Positions 23,306 to 34,450 of a DNA stretch of 49,257 nucleotides are shown here, in pieces (the stretch's first letter is position 1; each line of letters starts with the position of its first letter). The DNA is from Octopus bimaculoides (lineage: Eukaryota): the NCBI RefSeq assembly GCF_001194135.2, contig NC_068987.1, forward strand, positions 97,508,467 to 97,557,723, in the 5' to 3' direction. Position numbers and translations under genes: made by a program. Below the pieces are notes generated by a model. The model was given only the letters and a program-made list of their open reading frames with translations, did not search any database and was not told the DNA's origin.

Positions 23306-24142
23306 CATACACACACACAGGCACACACACACACACACATATAAACGTGTGTCCGCATGTGTGTAAACATACAAATATATTTTCAGGCACCATATACACA
23401 CCTCTTTCTCTCTCAGCCCCCCCTCTCTCTCTCTATGNNNNNNNNNNNNNNNNNNNNNNNNNNNNNNNNNNNNNNNNNNNNNNNNNNNNNNNNNNNNNNN
23501 NNNNNNNNNNNNNNNNNNNNNNNNNNNNNNNNNNNNNNNNNNNNNNNNNNNNNNNNNNNNNNNNNNNNNNNNNNNNNNNNNNNNNNNNNNNNNNNNNNNN
23601 NNNNNNNNNNNNNNNNNNNNNNNNNNNNNNNNNNNNNNNNNNNNNNNNNNNNNNNNNNNNNNNNNNNNNNNNNNNNNNNNNNNNNNNNNNNNNNNNNNNN
23701 NNNNNNNNNNNNNNNNNNNNNNNNNNNNNNNNNNNNNNNNNNNNNNNNNNNNNNNNNNNNNNNNNNNNNNNNNNNNNNNNNNNNNNNNNNNNNNNNNNNN
23801 NNNNNNNNNNNNNNNNNNNNNNNNNNNNNNNNNNNNNNNNNNNNNNNNNNNNNNNNNNNNNNNNNNNNNNNNNNNNNNNNNNNNNNNNNNNNNNNNNNNN
23901 NNNNNNNNNNNNNNNNNNNNNNNNNNNNNNNNNNNNNNNNNNNNNNNNNNNNNNNNNNNNNNNNNNNNNNNNNNNNNNNNNNNNNNNNNNNNNNNNNNNN
24001 NNNNNNNNNNNNNNNNNNNNNNNNNNNNNNNNNNNNNNNNNNNNNNNNNNNNNNNNNNNNNNNNNNNNNNNNNNNNNNNNNNNNNNNNNNNNNNNNNNNN
24101 NNNNNNNNNNNNNNNNNNNNNNNNNNNNNNNNNNNNNNNNNN

Positions 24143-24176
<34 letters not shown>

Positions 24177-24419
24177 GTATATGTATATATGGGAGTACGT
24201 GAAAAGATACGCTTGTGTTTGAGCGTATGTGTGTATAAGAGAGAGTGTTTGCGTGTAACATCCATGTGTATAATGTAATATAATATAACAGTTTGTCAAC
24301 AAGTTGGTATAGAGATCGCCAGTGATCAATCAGAGGCAGACAGTTACCATTTCGAAGACATTTAAGGAATCAGTGGAAAACAATTGGACGTACTATTGCT
24401 ATCCGTCAAGAGCTGCACC

Positions 24420-24720
24420 AATACCACCACAAACACCATCGCCATCACCAAATCTACTTCACCACCACCACCACCACCAGCAGCACCAGCAACAGCACCA
24501 TCACTACCAGCACCTCTAAACTGGAAAGCCACCGGCACCACCACTACCTGCACCACCACCACCTGCACCACCACCACCTCAACTGGAAAGCCACTTGGAA
24601 AGTCAACGAATTGCACTGTTATCATTTCTTTCTCTAGTGCCAATACCTCACCACTGCTACCACATCACGACCGCTACCAACATCACTACCACTGCCTTCG
24701 TTACCACCACGACTGCCACC
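24420..24720. repeat. Degenerate (CCA)n/(CAC)n low-complexity tract
   Basis: Direct reading. Confidence 0.9.
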
Positions 24721-24882
24721 TATGAAGTTGTCTGCAACTCATTTTCAGCCGAATGTTTACCAATTTCAACGGATTTCGGTCAAATTTGACGTCGACCTTA
24801 CTTAGTTTGGTTTGAAATAAAGAACTTGATTAGCTTAATAATCCTAACTTAATCCCGGGCAAAGCCGGGCTATACTGCTAGT
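24721..24882 (+). mobile_element. Probable Helitron-type non-autonomous element 3' end
   Basis: GC hairpin CCCGG-GCAAAG-CCGGG (24854-24869), an 8-nt spacer, then CTAG|T (24878-24882). This is the canonical Helitron 3' terminus layout. Confidence 0.6.
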
Positions 24883-25206
24883 TGTATTATATAATTGCCA
24901 TTACTGTACTCATATATAAAATAACACATACAACTCACTTATTATTGTCATATAGTAAACAAACAGAAGATCGTGAATGAAATTGATCTTTTTTCTATAC
25001 TTCAATTGTTACATATTTCTTCTTATAAAATACACACATACAGGGGGAGTAAATTTAAATATATATAATAACACTTTGAATGTGACTCCCGAGAAAGAGT
25101 AAAAGTAACTAGCCGATCAACGACGGGTATTACTGCTAGCCCCTACCAAATCCACCATCACCTCTACCACTGCAAACAGCTGGAAGTCCAACTTCAGTAG
25201 ATTTCA

Positions 25207-25300
25207 TCAGCCACTTGCACGTTAATTTCACGAGCAGGCTGTTCCATTGATCGGATCAACTGGAACCCTCGTCGTCGTAAGCGACGGAGTACCAACAACA
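25207..25300 (+). mobile_element. Isolated 5'-truncated copy of SINE tail T1
   Basis: TCAGCCACTTGCACGTTAATTTCACGAGCAGGCTGTTCC..GTAAGCGACGGAGTACCAACAAC, near-identical to 47038-47130. Confidence 0.9.
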
Positions 25301-25319
25301 CACACACTGTCGTCGTTGT

Positions 25320-26120
25320 ATAGTTTGTGATGTTGTACTGGTAGTGGTGTTGCCATAGGTAGTAGATATTTAGTATTTCTGTAATAGTAGTAATAGTAGT
25401 AGCATTAAAAATGTTGGTAGTGGCGGTAGTGTCCTAGTGGTGGTATGAGTTAATGGTGTTGTGGTAGTTGTAGTAGTGTAGTGGTATTCTTGTTGTAGGA
25501 GTAGTATTATTTACTGGTACTATGTGCGGTAGATGTAGTTGCAGTATAAGTATGTTTCAACATTGTTGTGTTGGTAGCATTAATGTTGTAGTGGCGGTGG
25601 TGCTTGTGGTATTTGGGGTGCGGTAGTGTTGCTTGTGTTAAATGCACAATAATAGGATTTTGGCAGAATTGTAAAGTTGTCAATCAGGTTAAAAGCTTTC
25701 AGTAATACGATGGTGGTGTCTAGGGGTGGGCATGGTGGTAATGAATGTGATGGTGGTGGTAGCAGTTACGGTGGTGATGGTGTTGGCTGTGATGAAGGAT
25801 GTAGTGGTGGTGCTGATGGTGGTGGTAATGGTTTTGGTGGTGGTGGTGGTGATAGTGGTGGTAGTTTCAATGTGGGATGGTAGCGGTAATGGTGATGGTG
25901 GTGGATATGGTGGTGGTGGTGGTGGATATGGTGGTGGTGGTGGTGGTGGGATGGTGGCGGTGATATTGGTCTTATGGTATAATGGGATGGTGGTGTGGAA
26001 GTTTTGGGTGGTGTTTGAGTTAACGGTGTGGTATGGTAATGGTGATTTTCATTAACTTAATGATGTGGAGGTGGTGGTTGTAGCGGAGATAGTATTGACG
26101 GTGGTAGTAGTGGTGGTAGT
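25320..26120. repeat. Degenerate (GTA)n/(GGT)n low-complexity tract
   Basis: Direct reading. Confidence 0.88.
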
Positions 26121-26136
26121 GCAGCTTGCTTAAAAC

Positions 26137-26425
26137 CGCATTGCTTAGTGGTTAGATCGTTGGGTTCAAAACCAATCCGTCGTAGATTTCGGTTCGAGCA
26201 CAAGTTAGTTCGTTGTGTCCTGGAGCAGGTTACTTCCTTTTACGTTGTTGCTGTCTACACAACTGGAAAATGAACGGCACGCTCCATCTGAGTGCTGGTG
26301 TGCCCCACCCCATCCAGCTGACACATTGTCAAGGTTTCGCATCGACCAATAGTAAGACGGCTGACAGGGTATCTAAGTCTGTTCGCGTCTGCATAACCAC
26401 TTAAAAACATCCAGCGAATCCATGA
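26137..26425 (+). mobile_element. Decayed tRNA-derived SINE, D-like core with a distinct tail
   Basis: TTGCTTAGTGGTTAG A box, GGTTCGAGC B box, and GTTGTGTCCTGGAGCAGGTTACTTCCTTTTACGTTG core. Confidence 0.5.
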
Positions 26426-26525
26426 TACATGCTAAAAAGTCATACTTGCGAGTGACGAGAAACGCACGTAGGATATATATATATATATATAAAGCAAATT
26501 TTGGAAGCATCAGATATATATAATC

Positions 26526-26775
26526 TAGTGGTTAGAGTGTTGCACTCACGATATGGAGATCGTAGTTTCAATTCCTGGACCAGGTGGTGTGTTGTCTTTT
26601 GCAATAAAAAATAAAAATTCATCTCACGTTGCACACCGACACCTGACGTGTGCTACACCGTACACCTTGTTCAGGCAACGTCGGTTTCACGAAGGAGTGA
26701 GCTAATGTCCAGCACAAATATTTGACCACTACAACCAAATTGTTTGTGTAGGCTCTTCAGCAACAAATTGCAGAA
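26526..26775 (+). mobile_element. tRNA-derived SINE, D-like head/core with another distinct tail
   Basis: TAGTGGTTAGAGTGTTGCACTCACGAT..GTTTCAATTCCTGGACC..GTTGTCTTTTGCAA..TCTCACGTTGC, followed by an unrelated tail. Confidence 0.6.
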
Positions 26776-27418
26776 TTGTTTTCTTGGAGAACGAGAGACT
26801 ACCATATATATATATATATANNNNNNNNNNNNNNNNNNNNNNNNNNNNNNNNNNNNNNNNNNNNNNNNNNNNNNNNNNNNNNNNNNNNNNNNNNNNNNNN
26901 NNNNNNNNNNNNNNNNNNNNNNNNNNNNNNNNNNNNNNNNNNNNNNNNNNNNNNNNNNNNNNNNNNNNNNNNNNNNNNNNNNNNNNNNNNNNNNNNNNNN
27001 NNNNNNNNNNNNNNNNNNNNNNNNNNNNNNNNNNNNNNNNNNNNNNNNNNNNNNNNNNNNNNNNNNNNNNNNNNNNNNNNNNNNNNNNNNNNNNNNNNNN
27101 NNNNNNNNNNNNNNNNNNNNNNNNNNNNNNNNNNNNNNNNNNNNNNNNNNNNNNNNNNNNNNNNNNNNNNNNNNNNNNNNNNNNNNNNNNNNNNNNNNNN
27201 NNNNNNNNNNNNNNNNNNNNNNNNNNNNNNNNNNNNNNNNNNNNNNNNNNNNNNNNNNNNNNNNNNNNNNNNNNNNNNNNNNNNNNNNNNNNNNNNNNNN
27301 NNNNNNNNNNNNNNNNNNNNNNNNNNNNNNNNNNNNNNNNNNNNNNNNNNNNNNNNNNNNNNNNNNNNNNNNNNNNNNNNNNNNNNNNNNNNNNNNNNNN
27401 NNNNNNNNNNNNNNNNNN

Positions 27419-27615
27419 GTCCAGCTTTGATTTAAAAACTCCTACATCTACTTTGTGCAGATTCCTCAGGCTCTTTGGGAGAATATTAAAAAGCTGTGGG
27501 CCCCTGAATCCCAAGCTGTTGCAGTAACTGGTCCTGAAGCGCGATGGCATTGCTGGGATCTTTGGCACTATGCAGTGTCGTCCCGTTCTGGCATTGGTGT
27601 AGCTTTCAATGCCAA
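27419..27615 (-). pseudogene. CR1/L2-group LINE RT C-terminal fragment
   Basis: ARTGRHCIVPKIPAMPSRFRTSYCNSLGFRGPQLFNILPKSLRNLHKVDVGVFKSKLD, the typical S...GP.LFN.LP..R...FK..LD tail of CR1-like ORF2. Continues into a gap. Confidence 0.8.
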
Positions 27616-27800
27616 ATAAAATGTATGTGTTCGTGTTTGGATACACACAATCACACACACACATAAACACACACAAACACACACACAGACAGACATAAAG
27701 TGTTGCGTGGAAAGCCAACAAACACGGGATAGGAGAGAAAACACAGACATACTAATGGCGTGGACAGGCTCCTCAAAATTTTGATATGGTTGTATATGTT

Positions 27801-27839
<39 letters not shown>

Positions 27840-27961
27840 GTATATAGATATTAATATATGTATGTGAGTGTGTGTGTGAGCTTCTATGTTCTATGTGTAT
27901 TGTCTTTTCTTCCTCACATACACACACAGACGCACACACAAACATACACATATATGTGAGT

Positions 27962-28006
<45 letters not shown>

Positions 28007-29039
28007 TATGGTGTCACACTCACTCATCCACATACACACACACATATATGTATATATGTATATATACATATACCTACATANNNNNNNNNNNNNNNNNNNN
28101 NNNNNNNNNNNNNNNNNNNNNNNNNNNNNNNNNNNNNNNNNNNNNNNNNNNNNNNNNNNNNNNNNNNNNNNNNNNNNNNNNNNNNNNNNNNNNNNNNNNN
28201 NNNNNNNNNNNNNNNNNNNNNNNNNNNNNNNNNNNNNNNNNNNNNNNNNNNNNNNNNNNNNNNNNNNNNNNNNNNNNNNNNNNNNNNNNNNNNNNNNNNN
28301 NNNNNNNNNNNNNNNNNNNNNNNNNNNNNNNNNNNNNNNNNNNNNNNNNNNNNNNNNNNNNNNNNNNNNNNNNNNNNNNNNNNNNNNNNNNNNNNNNNNN
28401 NNNNNNNNNNNNNNNNNNNNNNNNNNNNNNNNNNNNNNNNNNNNNNNNNNNNNNNNNNNNNNNNNNNNNNNNNNNNNNNNNNNNNNNNNNNNNNNNNNNN
28501 NNNNNNNNNNNNNNNNNNNNNNNNNNNNNNNNNNNNNNNNNNNNNNNNNNNNNNNNNNNNNNNNNNNNNNNNNNNNNNNNNNNNNNNNNNNNNNNNNNNN
28601 NNNNNNNNNNNNNNNNNNNNNNNNNNNNNNNNNNNNNNNNNNNNNNNNNNNNNNNNNNNNNNNNNNNNNNNNNNNNNNNNNNNNNNNNNNNNNNNNNNNN
28701 NNNNNNNNNNNNNNNNNNNNNNNNNNNNNNNNNNNNNNNNNNNNNNNNNNNNNNNNNNNNNNNNNNNNNNNNNNNNNNNNNNNNNNNNNNNNNNNNNNNN
28801 NNNNNNNNNNNNNNNNNNNNNNNNNNNNNNATATATATAAGTGTATGTTGGTCGCTCTATATTTATCTCTTCATTTCAGCGCGTCAGCATCCCCTTCCCT
28901 CTTTAATATTTGTGCGTTTGCCAGTTTTATCGTCCATGTTTTTTCGTTAGATTTCTTTACATCTATTCATTTTCTCTTTCCCTCCTACATCGCTTCTCTC
29001 CTCTGATTGGCTGCCTAGCCGCCTTTTGCGGCTTTCTCT

Positions 29040-29520
29040 ATTACATTACCACCACCACCACCACCACCACCACCACTACCACCAAATGATGACTTCTAAC
29101 CAGAGCCTTCACTACCACCATCAGAACCACCTGCTACCATTAGCAGTAACATTAACTGCAATCACGATCTTCATCGCCCCCCCACCACAACAGCAACAAC
29201 AACAACAGCATCAGACAGTACTACTACTACTACTACCACCATCACAGCTATCATCACCATCTGAACAACAATACCAACAGCATCTACATCACCATCACCG
29301 CATATCACATACCATGTGAAGCAAAACCAACCATCACCACGACTACCACCATCACCACCACCACTATACCCACCATGAAAAACTACGACTGCCACCACCA
29401 CCACCACCATCACCCACAACCACCACTACCATTACCTCCACCACAATCACTCACCTCCATCACCACTACTATCCCCATCACCATTCCCCACTACCACCGC
29501 CACCGCCGCCATTGCTACTA
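29040..29520. repeat. Degenerate (CAC)n/(CAA)n/(CTA)n tract
   Basis: Direct reading. Confidence 0.9.
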
Positions 29521-29927
29521 CAACCTTCTTAGTTATAACAAGTTCATGATGGTGTTGGGATTTTAAGATTTATTTTTGCGCCGCTCTTGTATCTGTCTGA
29601 TGGTCATCATGTTTGTTTCCTGACCTGTAAGTTGCGCTTTTGGCCGGTTGTATTTCTCAGGGTCTGTATTGTAGTGGTGTTTATTGATTTCGATTGAAGA
29701 CAGATGAAATAAAAAAGAAAAAAAGATGAAGAAAAGCATAAATCCCCTTTCTTTTAGACAAGAACTGTCGACAAGTTTGTGTTAATATTAGTATAACTAT
29801 TGTTACAGAATGATGTTTGGATGTAACAACGAAACAGTAACAATAGCAACGATGACCACGAAATAAATAAATAGAAAAATTGCAAAAAGTAACGATAAAA
29901 ATCCCTCCATTGGTAATATCAGTATAC

Positions 29928-30511
29928 TGGCACTCCGTCGGTTGCGACGACGAGGGTTCCAGATGATCCGATCTATGAAACAGCCTGCTCGTGAAATTAA
30001 CGTGCAAGTGGCTAAGTAGTTCACAGACATGCGTTTCTTTAACCCATTACCTCCCATAATTCTATTAACTGGAATTTTTTAAATGAAACTTTGATTTCTA
30101 GCATAAAACAGCCTTAGAAACAGGCTGGAATGATCAAAATAAGATTTCAAAATAACATTTTAAATAGAAATAAGCGAGATATTGGGTGAAGATTAGCAAA
30201 CCTCATTTGAATATCGGAGAAATATACCTTGTAGATATAGCAAAAAGGTTAGATATGTGTAAATATTGACAGATAATTACGAAATTTGTAATTTTTAAGT
30301 GATCTCATATGAGATCACTGGTAGGTAATGGGTTAACGCAGTTCTCAGGGAGATTCAGCGTGACACAGAGTGTGACAGCTCTTTGGAATACAGGTACTAC
30401 TCATTTTTGTCAGCTGAGTGGACTGGAGCAATATGGAATAAAATGTTTTGCTCAAGGATACAGCTCGCCGTCGGGAATCGAAATAACGACCTTACGATCG
30501 TCAGCCGAATG
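29928..30511 (-). mobile_element. SINE (D head/core + tail T1), slightly 5'-truncated, carrying a nested MITE
   Basis: Reverse complement of the 43386-43710 type. 9-bp TSD TCAGTATAC at 29919-29927 and 30512-30520. Confidence 0.88.
30043..30332. mobile_element. piggyBac-like (TTAA) MITE, 290 bp
   Basis: TTAA at 30039-30042 and 30333-30336. TIR CCCATTACCTCCCA / TGGTAGGTAATGGG (13/14). The SINE consensus has a single TTAA at this position. Confidence 0.88.
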
Positions 30512-31067
30512 TCAGTATACCAACTGTAACATTAACAACAGCAGCAGTAGCAGCAGTAAATACAACTACAAGAATTACATGGTTTTAGACGTTCAATTCC
30601 TCGGCGTATGTGCGTTCAAACAACAATTTCGAGTCAATCAAAGCCTTATGAGCAAAATCCATTCAACAGATAGAATCCTTGTGGAAGTTTTGTGGAGGGA
30701 CTTCCCCAGTTTTGATTGGTACACTTAGTCCGTTATCCAGTTCATTATATCGGGTTACAACGTGACACTATTGCAAGCGTTCGAACCAGATTTTTTAGTC
30801 AGGGAATAACGTTCACACTCCCCATCACCGCCGAAATCTTAGAGAACATCCAAAGGTCATAAGCTGTAAAGGTCATAAGTTTTGCTCGTCTTCCAATAAT
30901 ACAGCTACACAACTCACATACACAACGATATGTAAAGATCAAAATATTTCCCATGATTTTCTTCCATATTGCTGTAACAATAACAACTACAGTTAAAATG
31001 GTTTCTAACATAAGCACAAAGCCAGAAATATGATAATAAGGCTGTTATTTGAATGCATCGATTCTAG

Positions 31068-31220
31068 TACTCGACTGTTACTTTATTCTCATCAAATACA
31101 TAACAATGAAATTTGCAAATAACGTCAGCGATATTCGAAATCAGGACGTAAGGAACCGGAATATATACCACTGGACATTTTGTCTGACGTCCTACTGATT
31201 CCGCCAATCCACTGTCCTTT
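31068..31220 (-). mobile_element. Decayed SINE family B
   Basis: Reverse complement GGCGGAATCAGTAGGACGTCAGACAAAATG..CCTTACGTCCTGATTTCGAATATCGC aligns with the family B head at 5332. Confidence 0.55.
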
Positions 31221-31344
31221 TTTATCTGTGATGATGGACTTCTTTGCCTCGCTTGGAGCGTTGTTTTATTGCGAGAAAACTGTGATGTAAATTTAAATTG
31301 TTTCAAAACCTAGGGATATTCATCCAATGCTTTCTGCCAAACCA

Positions 31345-31475
31345 AATGGCTGACTGGATAAAGGATTTAGGTGGCAAATTGGCGTCGGATAATGTCTTGC
31401 TATGTTCTGATTTTCAGCACTTTGAGTTCAAATCCTGTTGAGGTCAGCTTAGCTATTTGTCCTTTCGAGATAAGG
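31345..31475 (+). mobile_element. Decayed SINE family B
   Basis: TTTGAGTTCAAATCCTGTTGAGGTCAGCTTAGCTATTTGTCCTTTCGAG matches the family B B-box/core. Confidence 0.55.
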
Positions 31476-31984
31476 TTATACATGTTAAGGTGATGATAGT
31501 GTCGGTTAAAAGTATTCCTAGAAGACGGAGACGTGGATTTTAAAAGCCACCTCGATCCTTTCCGGGCAGGACAACTTCTCGGCTTGGTCGAACGGAATTT
31601 AAAATGGTAATAAGCGGAATGTATTAAACCGCGCGAGTTTTGATTTTAACTGTTTAATCAGAGGAAGAACGGCCGAAAAATAACGCTTTTCAGGGTCCGC
31701 AAGACTGGTGAAAGGAAAGAAAGAAATATAACCAGACCAGAAATTTGACCTGATTGTTTGCTTCAGAGTGTATGTACTTCGCTAAAAGTATCATGTATAA
31801 CAACAGCAACATTAACAATATTAACAGTAGATAAAACTACGTGAACTACCTGTTTTTTGATTTCAATCTATCGGCGAAAGTGCGTTCTAACAGAGAAATC
31901 TCATGTCAATCAAAGCCTCGTGAGCCAAATTCATTCAACTGATAGAAACGTTGTGGAAGTTTTAAAGAGCGACCGTCCCATTGT

Positions 31985-32164
31985 TTGAGTGGCCATGCTG
32001 GAGTACTGCCTTTAGTCGAGCAAATCGCCCCCAGGACTTATATTTTGTAAGCCTAGTACTTATTCTATCGGTCTCTTTTGCCGAACCGCTAAGTTACGGG
32101 GATGTAAACACAGCAGCATCGGTTGTCAAGCGAAATTGGGGGACAAACACAGACACGCAAGCAT

Positions 32165-32195
<31 letters not shown>

Positions 32196-32368
32196 CACAT
32201 ATACACGACGGGCTTCTTTCAGTTTCCGTCTACAAATCCACTCACAAGGCTTTGGTCGGCCTGAGGCTATAGTAGAAGACACTTGCCTAAAGTGTTACTC
32301 AGTGGGACTGAACCCAGAACCGTGTGGCTGGTAAGCAGGTTACTTATCACACAGTCACTCTTGCGCAT
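31985..32368 (-). mobile_element. SINE family C, nearly full length, with internal (CA)/(TA) tract
   Basis: Both halves align with 37285-37700; the extreme 3' tail is missing. Confidence 0.92.
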
Positions 32369-33364
32369 ATTGCAAGCATTCGAACCAGATTTTTAGCCAG
32401 GGAATAACGTTCACACTCCGCACCACCAAAATGTTATAATGAAAGTCACATGATATCTAGTCATAAACCAATGCTGCTATATTGGGTGTGAAGCGTTTAA
32501 ATTGGGGGGGCATAATCTTCTTTCCTTGATAGTGGAAAACACATAAAGTAAAGAACAGAAAGGAGCAATATACTAGACACAACCCACACCTAAAAACTCG
32601 AGTGAGATATTCCAGACAGTTGCTAATCACTTAAAAACGATGTAAATATAGTGTGAATTGTGACAGCGAAAGTTGCACAGCATTAAGACATTCGGTAAAA
32701 CTTCGTCCCCTCGTTAATAAAACACGTAAAATAACTTAATTTTCCTCATCTATATAAAGAAAAGAGAATTCACCAAAGAGGTAGAACGAAAATCATATAA
32801 TCAAAACATTTGACTCACAATATCGGAGTTTAAATCTTGTTAGAAAGAAGATTTTGTTCTGTTGAATGAAAATTGAAACATTAGAGAAAGGGAAGACATA
32901 TTAGTAACATGTTATGACCTCAATCAAATAACTGGTTGGTTTAAATGCTCATTTTATATTTTTACGGGCAAATGAATGTTGTTCTTTCGTTATTGAAGTA
33001 TTGATTTTAGAAAGGGAAAAGAAAGGTAGTATATATTCTTCAAATTTCTTATCTTGTCTGAAGTTTGGAAACAAAATCTTTAAGAAAATTTAAAAAAATT
33101 ATGTAATTTCTTTTATTGAAATTGCTGAAGGCAATTTTAATGCAAAGAATTACATTTCTGTATGTGTGTCAATAAGCTATTGCAATAGAGAATTACATGC
33201 CAAATTTAAGGTATTACATTTATTTACCACAGTGTAATGGGAAACTGCAAGATAAAGATTTATTGTTGTTATTGATGGTAATGAGGCTGATAATGTTGTT
33301 GTTTAGCCACAGGCCAGGCCTTTTTATAACGAACCAATGATAAAACTTAGAAACAATGACCATA

Positions 33365-34450
33365 TAGGTGCAAGCGTGGCTGTGTGGTAAGAAGCTTGCT
33401 TCCCAACCACATGGGTCCAGATTCAGTCCCACTGCGTGGCACCTTTGGAAAGTCTGCTATTATAACCTTGGGCTGACCAAAGCCTTGTGAGTGGATTCGG
33501 TAGACGGAAACTGAAAGAAGCCCGTCGTATNNNNNNNNNNNNNNNNNNNNNNNNNNNNNNNNNNNNNNNNNNNNNNNNNNNNNNNNNNNNNNNNNNNNNN
33601 NNNNNNNNNNNNNNNNNNNNNNNNNNNNNNNNNNNNNNNNNNNNNNNNNNNNNNNNNNNNNNNNNNNNNNNNNNNNNNNNNNNNNNNNNNNNNNNNNNNN
33701 NNNNNNNNNNNNNNNNNNNNNNNNNNNNNNNNNNNNNNNNNNNNNNNNNNNNNNNNNNNNNNNNNNNNNNNNNNNNNNNNNNNNNNNNNNNNNNNNNNNN
33801 NNNNNNNNNNNNNNNNNNNNNNNNNNNNNNNNNNNNNNNNNNNNNNNNNNNNNNNNNNNNNNNNNNNNNNNNNNNNNNNNNNNNNNNNNNNNNNNNNNNN
33901 NNNNNNNNNNNNNNNNNNNNNNNNNNNNNNNNNNNNNNNNNNNNNNNNNNNNNNNNNNNNNNNNNNNNNNNNNNNNNNNNNNNNNNNNNNNNNNNNNNNN
34001 NNNNNNNNNNNNNNNNNNNNNNNNNNNNNNNNNNNNNNNNNNNNNNNNNNNNNNNNNNNNNNNNNNNNNNNNNNNNNNNNNNNNNNNNNNNNNNNNNNNN
34101 NNNNNNNNNNNNNNNNNNNNNNNNNNNNNNNNNCAAAAACACAATAACAAAAAAACAAAAAAAAAACAAAGTGAGGACGTGATATGGATAGTATTATTGG
34201 ACGCTCAGGAAAGGAAAGAGAGAGTATGGTTGTGTGTCTTTGTGTCTGTGTTTGTCCTCCTCCTCGTTATCGGTTCAAAACCGGTGTAGGTGTTTATTTT
34301 CCCGTATCATAGCGATTCGGCAAAAGGGACCGATAAGATAAGTACTAGGCTTAAGAAATAAGTCCTGAAATCGGTTTGTTCGACTAAAACACTTCATGGC
34401 CGTGCTCCATCATGGACGCAGTCAAATGACTGAAACAAATAAAAGAATAT
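33365..34450 (+). mobile_element. SINE family C spanning a gap (5' half 33365-33530, 3' half about 34230-34450)
   Basis: Head GGCTGTGTGGTAAGAAGCTTGCTTCCCAACCAC..GAAAGAAGCCCGTCGTAT; tail CAGTCAAATGACTGAAACAAATAAAAG. An unrelated segment of about 90 bp sits at 34134-34225. Confidence 0.85.

Larger units (their letters stand above)
30520..32430. repeat. Old local duplication (about 30520-30830 vs 31795-32430)
   Basis: Shared TCAATCAAAGCCT..TGAGC.AAAT.CATTCAAC.GATAGAA..TTGTGGAAGTTTT and ATTGCAAGC.TTCGAACCAGATTTTT.AG.CAGGGAATAACGTTCACACTCC (30770 vs 32369). Confidence 0.75.

Noticed and set aside
25677-26055. Gly-rich ORFs with GGGY repeats resembling cephalopod structural proteins
   Set aside because: Embedded in a degenerate (GGT)n tract, with no signal peptide or splice support, and the Gly runs lie in different frames.
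23002-29032. CCAAT boxes at 23002, 23036 and 29006, plus a small GC hairpin at 29017-29033
   Set aside because: Short motifs expected by chance in 49 kb; no linked TSS or gene.
30852-30879. Two AAAGGTCA (NBRE-like nuclear receptor) sites
   Set aside because: Explained by a 12-bp direct duplication AAAGGTCATAAG; no promoter context.
34134-34225. Orphan segment GTGAGGACGTGATATGGATAGTATTATTGGACGCTCAGGAAAGG inside a SINE C
   Set aside because: Probably the end of another repeat hidden in the gap; no second copy in the window to define it.
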